From Myxococcota bacterium (GTDB taxonomy: Bacteria > Myxococcota_A > UBA9160 > UBA4427): a stretch of 64,000 nt of DNA. The DNA lies in contig OZ252299.1 of the NCBI GenBank assembly GCA_965250285.1, forward strand, positions 4,064,001 through 4,128,000. Reading direction: 5' to 3'. Position 1 is the first letter of the stretch. Each line of letters begins with the position of its first letter. The notes beneath the pieces were generated by a model. The model ran no database searches and was not told the DNA's origin. It saw only the letters and a program-made list of their open reading frames with translations. A program made the position numbers and the translations under genes. This document shows, piece after piece, positions 27,944-36,098 of the stretch.

Positions 27944-28798
27944 ATGGCCGAACGCCTCCCCCAGCGACTCGTCTACTCCGTCTTCCATCTCACCGACCTC
28001 TCCGCCGAATCCGAGACCGCCTTCGCCCACGCGCTCGCGATCGCGCTCGTACGGGGGTCGAAGCTGACCTTGCTGCACGCCGGCGGCGGCGCCGACGAGT
28101 GGGACCGGTTCCCCCACGTCCGGGGCACGCTGGAGCGATGGGGACTGCTCGAACCCGGCAGCTCGCGCAACGACGTGTTCGAGAAGCTCTCGGTTCAGGT
28201 GAAGAAGGTGAATCTGGCGAAGTCGAGCAGCGTGTCGGCGGTGCTCGACTACCTGAGCAGCGATCCCTCGGAGCTCATCGTCACCAGCTACGACGCGCAT
28301 CGGGGCATCACGGGGATCAGCCGCGATGCGACCGCCGAAGACCTGGCGCGCAAGTCGGACGCGATGGCGCTCTTCGTGCCGTCGAAGGGCCGCGGTTTCG
28401 TCTCGGCCGAGGACGGCTCGCTTTCGCTGCGACGGATCCTCGTGCCCATCGCCGCCGAGCCCGCGCCGGCCTTCGCGATCGAGGCCGCGCGCCGCATCGC
28501 CCACCTGCTCGGCGACCCGCCGGTCGAGATCGTGCTGCTGCACGTCGGCGAAGGCGCACCGACCATCGACGCGCGCGACGATGCGCACGTGCGCTTCGAA
28601 CTGCGCACGGAGTCGGGGGAGGTGATCGACTCGATCATCGAGGTCGCCGAAGAGATCGGTGCCGACCTGATCTCGATGGCGACCGACGGACGCAACAGCC
28701 TCGGCGAGACGCTCCGCGGCAGTCACACAGAGCGCGTCGCCCGCCGCGCGACCTGTCCGGTGCTCGCGCTGCCCGAGTCCTGGAACGATTTTCTGTAG
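27944..28798 (+). CDS. Universal stress protein (tandem USP domains)
   Basis: TDLSAESETAFAHA...LLHA; second domain RILVPI...ADLISMATDGR...GSHTERVARRATCPVL. Confidence 0.9.
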   Translation: MAERLPQRLVYSVFHLTDLSAESETAFAHALAIALVRGSKLTLLHAGGGADEWDRFPHVRGTLERWGLLEPGSSRNDVFEKLSVQVKKVNLAKSSSVSAVLDYLSSDPSELIVTSYDAHRGITGISRDATAEDLARKSDAMALFVPSKGRGFVSAEDGSLSLRRILVPIAAEPAPAFAIEAARRIAHLLGDPPVEIVLLHVGEGAPTIDARDDAHVRFELRTESGEVIDSIIEVAEEIGADLISMATDGRNSLGETLRGSHTERVARRATCPVLALPESWNDFL

Positions 28799-28851
28799 CC
28801 CGTTGCCCGATTCGTCGCGGCCCGATCCGAACCGCTCGGGCCCTGCGTCGG

Positions 28852-30087
28852 CTACTCCGAAGCGATGTCGTAAGCCGCGACGTAGTCGGCCATGACGTCT
28901 CGCACCATGGCCTCGTCGAGCCCGAAGTCTTCGAGCCGATACTCGTGCTTGCCGAACTTGCCCTTCGGCTTATCCCGCAGATACGCCTCGACCCTTGCCT
29001 CGTGTCCTTCGGGCCACGCGAGGCCCGACCGGTCGTAGATGCGACGCAACGCCGCCGCCGGCGACTCGATCAGGTCGAGATACCGGCTGTCGACGAACGA
29101 CGCGTCGGGCAGCGCGCCGCTCTCGCGCAGGCCGCGCACGAGGCCGAGCATGCCCGCGAAGCCGTAGAGGGCGATCTGGCCCTGGGCCGCGCGGTCGACC
29201 ACGTCGGCGCGAAGCCAGTTGAGCATGGCCGTGGTGCTCGCCGTCGAACCCACGAACTTCTGAGGGTCACGGTGGGTCTGGATGATCGTCGCGTCGGGGT
29301 ACTGGCCGAACAGCGCCTGGATCGTCGCGAGGTGCCCGGGCGACTTCAGCAGCCAACGGCGCCGCGGCCCGCCGTACTGCAGTGTCTGGAGGAATCGCCG
29401 GTGCTCCTCGTACGTGCGGGCGACGACCTCCGGCCGGGTCGCGACCCATTCGTTGTACGAAGGCGTCACGTAGTGCATGGTCCAGTAGCTCGAACCGAAG
29501 TCGACCGCGAGGAAGTGAACGCACTCGCACGGCAGGTCACTGCGCAGCTCGTGCAGGGTCATCAGCTCGGGTTGAATGTCGGCCCAGAGCTCTTGCTCGG
29601 CCTCGGCGGCGGCCATCGCGGCCGCCTCATCGGGCACGGTGTCGTGAAAGACGGGGTGATGCGCCTCCCACGAGATCGGCGCCCGCAGCTGTGGGTCCAG
29701 GGCGAGCAGCTCGAGCAAGATCGTCGTGCCCGTCCGCGGCGCACCGACGATGAAGAGCGGTCCGTCGATGGGCTCTTCGAGGATCGCCGGCGTCGCACGC
29801 CAGGCCGCGTGCAACCGAAGCCGCGTCTGCAGCGCTCGGATCGCTTCGGCACGACACAGCAGCCGACCAACCAGATTCGCGCCCGACTCGGTATCGATCG
29901 ATTCGATTCGCCTTCGGTACGTCTCGAGAAAGAGCGCGTCGCCGACCTCGTCGAGGCCGGTCGACGCGCGCGCGGTTGCGAGCATCTCGTCGGCGTCGAG
30001 CGGCACGACGTGCCGCGGATCACCGGTGGCCGGACCGAACTGGTTGAGGCGCCGCACCCAGTCGGGGCGCTCGCGATAGGGCTGCAT
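28852..30087 (-). CDS. Sulfotransferase (Sulfotransfer_3 type)
   Basis: 5'-PSB loop GAPRTGTTIL, WLLKSPGHL, THRDP. ATG 30087 has a GGAG RBS; alternative start 30099. Confidence 0.9.
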   Translation of the reverse strand: MQPYRERPDWVRRLNQFGPATGDPRHVVPLDADEMLATARASTGLDEVGDALFLETYRRRIESIDTESGANLVGRLLCRAEAIRALQTRLRLHAAWRATPAILEEPIDGPLFIVGAPRTGTTILLELLALDPQLRAPISWEAHHPVFHDTVPDEAAAMAAAEAEQELWADIQPELMTLHELRSDLPCECVHFLAVDFGSSYWTMHYVTPSYNEWVATRPEVVARTYEEHRRFLQTLQYGGPRRRWLLKSPGHLATIQALFGQYPDATIIQTHRDPQKFVGSTASTTAMLNWLRADVVDRAAQGQIALYGFAGMLGLVRGLRESGALPDASFVDSRYLDLIESPAAALRRIYDRSGLAWPEGHEARVEAYLRDKPKGKFGKHEYRLEDFGLDEAMVRDVMADYVAAYDIASE

Positions 30088-30126
30088 TCGATTCTCCATG
30101 GGGCCGCTTCGTTCGGCGGGCGCCGG

Positions 30127-31281
30127 TCAGCCGCGCAGCGAGTCGACGGGCACGACCTCGGCTTCGATGGCAGGCGGGTTCTCGGCCGGCAGCAGGAAGC
30201 GCCAGAAGACCATGCCCGTCTTCTGTCCCGCCGCATCGAGCCAGTTCGGCACGCCGGGATCGCGGTGAGCAACGACCATGGTGAAGTGACCGGCGTCGTC
30301 GACCACCGTCTGCACGCGGTTCAGCGAGACGCAACGAAACCGGTAAGGCGCCGTCTGGAGTCGGTGATTCCAGAGGACGACGTTCGCGAATCGACATCGC
30401 GTCCAGCGTCCCCGCATGACGAGGGCATCGTCGGGACCGAGGTCGTAGCGGGTCTGCAGATACGCGTTGTCGGCCGCGGCGTAGCCGATCTCCTTGTTGC
30501 TCTCGTCGTAGGCCGAGTTGTCGAACGCATTGACTTCGTTCGACACCCAGGCCGGCATCGCCTCGGGCGGCAGGTCGGGAAAGCCTACGGTCGCGCCTTT
30601 GATGAAGTTGACGACGCGGCGCACGCCGGCCGCGATCGCGGCGTCGTCCATGACCGGGGCGGGGCCCGGGTCGACCACCGGCTCGATCCAGAGCGGCACG
30701 TGGAAGCTCGGGTCGGCGGCGACGCTGCGATCCCACTCCCAGTAGTGGCGGGTGGTGATCGTGCCTGCGCCGGGCTCGAGTCGCAGCCAGTTGCCTTCGT
30801 GCGGCTCGGGGCTCGCGATGATCTCGTAGCTGCCGTCCGCACGAACGTCGAACTCGGTGTCGTTGAGGGTCGAGACCACGCCTTTCGACAGGTGCCCCTC
30901 CATCGCGCCGGCCTCGACGCTGAACGACGTGTAACACGCCCCGTGCACGTTGCCGTGGATCCGGTACGTACCGGCGGGGTCGCACACGGCGCCGTAGTAC
31001 ACCGCGTCGGGGTTGTCGCCGAGCAGCTTCTTCGTCGGCGAGAGCCAGCGGTGGAAGACCGGGCGCTGCGGGTCGACCTCGAACCAGCACTGAAAGCCGT
31101 GCTGCATGGCGTTTGCCAGCAGGTACCGACCGGCCGCCCGCTCCTCGGGCGTCGACATGCCCCGCTCCGCCGTGACGTACTCGGCCTCGATCTCGGCGAG
31201 CGCCTCTCTGAGCTCGGCCCATGCGGCGGGCGAGACGTCGCCGGATTTGTCTGTGACGGCGTTGGGGTCGGTGCTCGACAT
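30127..31281 (-). CDS. DUF1214 domain-containing protein
   Basis: GDNPDAVY, DGSYEII.S, SLN..Q...D..G.F..VVAHRDPGVPNWLDAAG...G...WR. GAGGAG RBS. Confidence 0.85.
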   Translation of the reverse strand: MSSTDPNAVTDKSGDVSPAAWAELREALAEIEAEYVTAERGMSTPEERAAGRYLLANAMQHGFQCWFEVDPQRPVFHRWLSPTKKLLGDNPDAVYYGAVCDPAGTYRIHGNVHGACYTSFSVEAGAMEGHLSKGVVSTLNDTEFDVRADGSYEIIASPEPHEGNWLRLEPGAGTITTRHYWEWDRSVAADPSFHVPLWIEPVVDPGPAPVMDDAAIAAGVRRVVNFIKGATVGFPDLPPEAMPAWVSNEVNAFDNSAYDESNKEIGYAAADNAYLQTRYDLGPDDALVMRGRWTRCRFANVVLWNHRLQTAPYRFRCVSLNRVQTVVDDAGHFTMVVAHRDPGVPNWLDAAGQKTGMVFWRFLLPAENPPAIEAEVVPVDSLRG

Positions 31282-31379
31282 CGGCGTCGCTCCTCGAATC
31301 GGGCGCCCCGCGGCGGGGCCCGGCACCCGAGTCTACCCACCGGCGGGCGTTGCGCCGACCCATGCAGCCAGACGCGGCC

Positions 31380-31416
31380 AAGAGAAAGGGCCCGCAGCCG
31401 AGTCGGCTGCGGGCCC
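31380..31416 (-). terminator. Intrinsic terminator after the fasciclin gene
   Basis: Stem GGGCCCGCAGCCG/CGGCTGCGGGCCC followed on the minus strand by TTTCTCT. Confidence 0.85.
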
Positions 31417-31479
31417 CGTTGGACGCGGTGCGATGCGGGTCGGTCTCGGATCGACCCGCATGCACACCCGACGGTCTGG

Positions 31480-32838
31480 TCAGAGACCAGCCGGGATCAG
31501 CACCTCGTTGATCCCCTGCACGGTGGCGCCGGTCAGCTCGTTGTCGAAGTCGACGACGCGTGCACCGTTGATGCGCACCCCGAAGAACCACAGGAACCGA
31601 GTGGCCACAGACTGACCGAGCGCGGTGTCGGTCTTTCGCTCGAAGATCATCTCGATGATCGACTTCTCGGACGGGATCACGTGGTAGAGCAGGATCGTCG
31701 AGAGCGTCTCCGGATCGTCGAGCAGCGCGTTGATGGTGTCTTCGCCCAGCGCGGCGAAGGCCTCGTTCGTCGGCGCCAGGATCGTCACCGGTCCGAGCGC
31801 GACGAGATCCTCGGCGATGCCGGCCGCCTGGATGGCGGCAACGAGGGTCGTGTAGCCCTCGGCCTCGAGCTCGTCGAGGATCGACGCGTCGGGACCGGTG
31901 GGCGGGAGAAGCACCTGCTCGATGACGTGAATCGTCGCATTCGGCGAGCGAGCGTCGAAGCCCGATACCGTCGAATCGTTCACCTTCAAGCCCTCGCGAG
32001 TGAACTCGACGTCGACGCGGCCGCCCTGGAGCGTGGCCGCGCCTCCCTGGAAGAAGAGCGAAACGGCGCCCTGCTTGCCATCGAGCAGGTGGTAGGTGAG
32101 GATGCTCTGAAGCAGCGGGATGTCATTCTTCACCGCATCGAGCGTGTCCTGGCCGAGCAACGCGAAGGCGTCGTCGGTCGGAGCGAAGAGCGTGAACGGA
32201 CCGCCGTTGACCGCCGTGTCGGCGAGGCCGGCCGTGACCACGAGGTCGATGAGGGTGCCGAAACGACCGTCGAGGGCGAGCACGTCGACGAGGCTCTCGA
32301 CCTCGAAGTCTTCCGCATCGGGGATCAGCACCTCGCCGATCACGTGCGCACGGCCGTTCGTGGCGCGCACGTCCTCGATCAGAATCTCGATGCCGTTCAC
32401 GCGAATCGCGCGGCTGTCGCGAATCGCAACCACCGGCTGTCCCTGCAGCGTCGAGAAGACCGTGTCGTGCTTGAGCGTCCAGCTCGGCACGTCGCCGGGC
32501 AGCACGTGGTAGAGCAGCACCTTCTCGAGCTCGTCCGGATCGGCGACCAACGAATCGAGGACACCGTCGGGCAGCGCATCGAACGCGTCGTCGGTGGGCG
32601 TGAAGACGGTCAGCGCATCGGCGTCGGCCACCACACCCTTCAGGCCCGTCGCTTCGAGCGCGAAGAGCAGCGTGCCGAAGCGGCCGTCTGCCTCCAGGGT
32701 CTCGATCAGGTCGAGGGTCGGCGCGGGACCGCGACGGAAGCGCGCATCGGCCGAGGGTGCAGAGACCAGGACGGCAAAGGCGACCAGGCCGAGCACCGCT
32801 GCGCGGCCGAGTCGAAGGGAACGGGGATGGACGTGCAT
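31480..32838 (-). CDS. Secreted fasciclin (FAS1 x3) domain protein
   Basis: ATG 32838 with AGGAG RBS. Signal peptide; three repeats of T(V/L/I)(F/L)(T/A)PT(D/N)(D/E)AF...L..(V/I)L.YH...(H/Q)(V/G)I..VL.P. Confidence 0.93.
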   Translation of the reverse strand: MHVHPRSLRLGRAAVLGLVAFAVLVSAPSADARFRRGPAPTLDLIETLEADGRFGTLLFALEATGLKGVVADADALTVFTPTDDAFDALPDGVLDSLVADPDELEKVLLYHVLPGDVPSWTLKHDTVFSTLQGQPVVAIRDSRAIRVNGIEILIEDVRATNGRAHVIGEVLIPDAEDFEVESLVDVLALDGRFGTLIDLVVTAGLADTAVNGGPFTLFAPTDDAFALLGQDTLDAVKNDIPLLQSILTYHLLDGKQGAVSLFFQGGAATLQGGRVDVEFTREGLKVNDSTVSGFDARSPNATIHVIEQVLLPPTGPDASILDELEAEGYTTLVAAIQAAGIAEDLVALGPVTILAPTNEAFAALGEDTINALLDDPETLSTILLYHVIPSEKSIIEMIFERKTDTALGQSVATRFLWFFGVRINGARVVDFDNELTGATVQGINEVLIPAGL

Positions 32839-32867
32839 TGCTTCTCCTAACCGGAAACGAACCGGTA

Positions 32868-33020
32868 TGTTCATATTTAATCTACACGTAGATGCTCTTT
32901 GTCCGTACATGACACGGATCTGTCTCGGATTTATTCCATTTTTAGTGTACAGATTCGCCGAAAATCCAATCCGCTCGTAGGTTTCCAGGCGGCTCTGCGC
33001 CCTCCACAATTTTCTGTCCA
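32868..33020. promoter_or_regulatory. AT-rich divergent promoter region with TGTnCA-type repeats and an ATCTAC-AC-GTAGAT palindrome
   Basis: TGTTCA 32868, palindrome 32880-32893, 11-bp direct repeats TGACACGGATC/TGTCTCGGATT (32910/32921), TGTACA 32946, TGTCCA 33015. Confidence 0.45.
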
Positions 33021-33156
33021 GATCATCGATTCGTGCTTTTTTGGGCCTGAATGGGTCGATCGTCGCGCGATCGGGGCGGATGCCGTTGGCCGCGAATCTG
33101 GACCGAACCCGCCTGCGACCGTGCCCGACCGGAGAGCGCCTGCGTACACTCCGCCC

Positions 33157-33678
33157 ATGCCGAACACCCGGAAGCAACACTTCGTCGAGGAGCTGAAGCG
33201 CCACTACGGCGAGATCATTGCGGGCGCGCGACAGGCCGAGCTCGGCACCGCCGACGCCGCCGACACCCTGCAGAAGGAGTCGCGCAGCCGGGACGAGGCC
33301 AAGCAGGCCGCCGAGTTCGGGCGCGTCTCGGTGACGCACAGAAAACGACGAGAGCGCGCCGTGCGCGACGTCGATGCTCTGATCGACTTCGTCGGACCGG
33401 GTCTGCGCGACCTGCCCCGCAACGCCAAGGTTCAGCTCGGCGCGTTCGTCGACGTGAGCATCGAGGACGGGGAAGGCGAGAGCGAAGAACGTACGTTCTT
33501 CGTGTTGCCGGTCGGCGCGGGGACCGAGCTCAGCGGCCCGGGCGGTGATGGCTTCGTCTCGGTCGTCACGCCGCAGTCGCCGGTCGGCAAGGGGCTCATG
33601 GGCTCGATGGTGGGCGACAGCTTCGAGATCTCGACGGGCGACGTCGACCGAGAGTGGACCGTCCTCGACATCGGCTGA
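33157..33678 (+). CDS. GreA/GreB-family C-terminal domain protein (atypical Gre-like factor)
   Basis: N-terminal coiled coil; C-terminal VQLGAFV, VVTPQSPVGKGLMG..VGDSFEI. Confidence 0.82.
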   Translation: MPNTRKQHFVEELKRHYGEIIAGARQAELGTADAADTLQKESRSRDEAKQAAEFGRVSVTHRKRRERAVRDVDALIDFVGPGLRDLPRNAKVQLGAFVDVSIEDGEGESEERTFFVLPVGAGTELSGPGGDGFVSVVTPQSPVGKGLMGSMVGDSFEISTGDVDREWTVLDIG

Positions 33679-33791
33679 CCGCACCTGAGACCGCCCGGGT
33701 CGACCCACGCCCCGGCGCCGTCCCCACGCCGACGTGCACGACCGGACACGGCGACGCCGGCCGCTCGATTCACCCGGTTCGGGTTCTCGCC

Positions 33792-33807
33792 TGCACGAGC
33801 GGCGCAC
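33792..33807 (+). promoter_or_regulatory. Direct repeat TGCAC-N6-CGCAC, candidate OmpR-family box
   Basis: 11-bp period, upstream of the DUF2809 gene; matches the box at 34477. Confidence 0.4.
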
Positions 33808-33871
33808 AATCGCACGCGACCCTCTCGAGTCATTCGCTGCCCTTCGCGGCAGCTTCGACTCGGAGGACCGC

Positions 33872-34399
33872 ATGTCCGCTTCGATCCACTCTTCACCTCT
33901 TCGAACGCCCCCTCGTCCTTCGAAACGGGTGCTCGAGCTGTGCGCGCGCATCGCGCGCTTCGTGGCTCGCCAGGCGCTCGTCTTCGCTTCGCTGGTTGCG
34001 ACGCTCGCGCTCGGTATCGGCTCGCAGGTCTATGACGGCCCGGGCGCCCGCTTTGTGGCCCGCGACGTCTCGGCCGCGATCTATGCCCTCGCCTGGTGCT
34101 TCGGCCTCGCCTTGATGCTCTGGCGATGGCCGCCTCGGGCCGTGGGCGTCGGGGCGCTCGCGGTTTGCTTCGCGGTCGAGCTGAGCCAGCTCTGGCATCC
34201 GCACTGGCTCGAGGTCGGGCGCGCGACCTGGCCCGGTCGGCTCGTGCTCGGCAGCACGTTCATGTGGAGCGATCTCGCGTGGTCGGTCGTCGGGGTCGGC
34301 GTCGGCCTCATCTGGCTGCGTTGCCTGCCCTTCGCTCGCGGGTCGCAGACCGCGATCACCGACGACTTCGTCCGACCACTCGGTGTGCGCCCGCTCTGA
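33872..34399 (+). CDS. DUF2809 family membrane protein
   Basis: GGAGG RBS. FAVELSQLWHPHWLE..RAT..GRLVLGSTF.WSDL. Confidence 0.82.
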   Translation: MSASIHSSPLRTPPRPSKRVLELCARIARFVARQALVFASLVATLALGIGSQVYDGPGARFVARDVSAAIYALAWCFGLALMLWRWPPRAVGVGALAVCFAVELSQLWHPHWLEVGRATWPGRLVLGSTFMWSDLAWSVVGVGVGLIWLRCLPFARGSQTAITDDFVRPLGVRPL

Positions 34400-34476
34400 C
34401 GAAGGCCAGCGCCACGTCGATCCAGGACGCGTGGATCGGTGGCCCGGTCGTTGACCGGCAGATCGCACGCAGCGTT

Positions 34477-34492
34477 TGCACGGTTTCTGCAC
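34477..34492 (+). promoter_or_regulatory. Direct repeat TGCAC-N6-TGCAC (cre-tag-like geometry)
   Basis: TGCACGGTTTCTGCAC about 70 bp upstream of the exosortase ATG. Same spacing as the CreB tag TTCAC-N6-TTCAC. Confidence 0.55.
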
Positions 34493-34559
34493 GAACCCGC
34501 CCGCGTCTCGCCCAGGCTCATTCATCCCCGCCGCACGGGCGCATCGCACCCTGCCCCTC

Positions 34560-36098
34560 ATGCCGCGATCCCCCCGTATCCGCCTGAGCCGCTTCGCCGG
34601 CGAACCCATGGGTGCCCGCCCGCGCAGCTTCGCGTTCTGGCTCGCCGGCCCGGGCCTCGCCGCCCTGGTCATCGAGCCGGCCGTCTGGCTCGGCCGAAGC
34701 TGGCTCGACCCCTCGTATCAGAGCGACGGCTGGATCGTGGCCGCGATCACCGCGGCTTTGCTGCTCGCGTCCTTCGCGAGCGGCTCGGCGCCGCCCGATC
34801 GCCGAGACCGCCGGCGCGCCCTCGTCGCCCTCGCAGCCACCGCCGGCGTTCGACTCATCGGGCGCCTGCTCGCGGTCCACACCATCGGCGCACTGGCGCT
34901 CGTCGTGGACGTCTGGGCCGTGGCCGTACTCGTCGGCGTGCGACGTCGGCCCTTCGCGCTGCAGCCCGTCGGCCTCGCGCTCTTCTTCGCGCTGGCGCTG
35001 CCCGTCGAACACCTCGCCCAGCGACTGCTCGGCCATCCACTCCAGCGCGCGGCAGCGACGACCTCGGAGTGGGTTCTCGCGCCCTTCTTCCCCGAGCTCA
35101 CCCGCGAAGGCGTGCTGCTGGTGCATCCCGACGCGATGCTCGCCGTCGACCTGCCGTGCAGCGGCGCGCGCGGTCTGGTCCTGCTGACGGCCCTCGCCCT
35201 CGGGCTTTGGACGTGTCGCGCGCCCGGGGTGCGGGGCACGATCGCGGGCTCGGCTGCCGTCGTCCTGGGCGCTTTCGCCGCGAACACGCTGCGCATCATC
35301 GCGCTCTTCATCGGCGGGGTCGTTCACGTCCCGGTGATCGAGGAGCCCTGGCATTCGGCGATGGGCGCGCTGGTTCTCGCGATCGGGGCCGCGCCTCTGC
35401 TCCTGATCGCGATGCGCGCGCCCGCACGGCGACCCACCCGCCCGCCCCTGTCGGCCGGGCTCGGCAGTGGCGCGCCTTCTGGCCATCACCGGTCGATGCC
35501 ATGGCCGCTGGCACTCGCCGTCAGCCTGATCGGCCTCGGCATCGCGTTCGCGCCCGAGCGGCCCCTCGACGTCTCGGGCCCCGTCGAACCTCGAAGACTG
35601 CCGACGACGCTCGGCCGCTTCGTTGGCCTCGAAGTGCCGCTTCGCGAGCGCGAGGCGATCTACTACACGCGCTTCGGCGGCTACGCGCAGAAACGCATCT
35701 ACGATGACGGCGGCGGCGACGCGATCACCGCCCTGCTCGTGCGCACGCGTTCACCGCTGCGACACCTGCATGGCCCCGAGGCCTGCCTGACCGGCGCGGG
35801 GCACGACGTGACGCGCCTCGGCGTGGTGCCCGGCGCGACGCCCGCCGTCGTCTACCGAAGCATCGACGCACAGGGCCGGCCCTGGCGAATCGAGGCGAGC
35901 TTCGTGAGCGATCGCGGCGAGGTGGCGACCAGCGTGTCCGAGGTGGTCTGGCGCTGGCTCGAATACCCCGACGCCGCGTGGAGCCTGGTCGAACGCATCA
36001 CACCCTGGTCGACGTGCGAGCGCACGCCCGGCCGTTGCCGCGAGCTCGAGACTGCGCTCTTCGCGAGCCTCGATCTCCCCGTGGAGAGACGCCCATGA
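34560..36098 (+). CDS. Exosortase/archaeosortase-family transpeptidase with EpsI-like C-terminal domain (XrtT-like)
   Basis: Multi-TM. Catalytic triad Cys (VDLPCSG), Arg (ANTLRI), His (EPWHSAMG). C-terminal HLHGPEACLTGAG resembles the EpsI H.PE.C motif. Confidence 0.87.
   Translation: MPRSPRIRLSRFAGEPMGARPRSFAFWLAGPGLAALVIEPAVWLGRSWLDPSYQSDGWIVAAITAALLLASFASGSAPPDRRDRRRALVALAATAGVRLIGRLLAVHTIGALALVVDVWAVAVLVGVRRRPFALQPVGLALFFALALPVEHLAQRLLGHPLQRAAATTSEWVLAPFFPELTREGVLLVHPDAMLAVDLPCSGARGLVLLTALALGLWTCRAPGVRGTIAGSAAVVLGAFAANTLRIIALFIGGVVHVPVIEEPWHSAMGALVLAIGAAPLLLIAMRAPARRPTRPPLSAGLGSGAPSGHHRSMPWPLALAVSLIGLGIAFAPERPLDVSGPVEPRRLPTTLGRFVGLEVPLREREAIYYTRFGGYAQKRIYDDGGGDAITALLVRTRSPLRHLHGPEACLTGAGHDVTRLGVVPGATPAVVYRSIDAQGRPWRIEASFVSDRGEVATSVSEVVWRWLEYPDAAWSLVERITPWSTCERTPGRCRELETALFASLDLPVERRP

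Noticed and set aside
27928..32850. 1640-aa plus-strand ORF
   Set aside because: Arg/Gly-rich with no motifs. It is out of frame over the USP gene and antisense to the sulfotransferase, DUF1214 and fasciclin genes; a stop-poor shadow in high-GC DNA.
32839..33951. 371-aa N-terminal extension of the fasciclin ORF given in the track
   Set aside because: It crosses a promoter and the opposite-strand Gre-like gene. ATG 32838 has an AGGAG RBS followed by a signal peptide.
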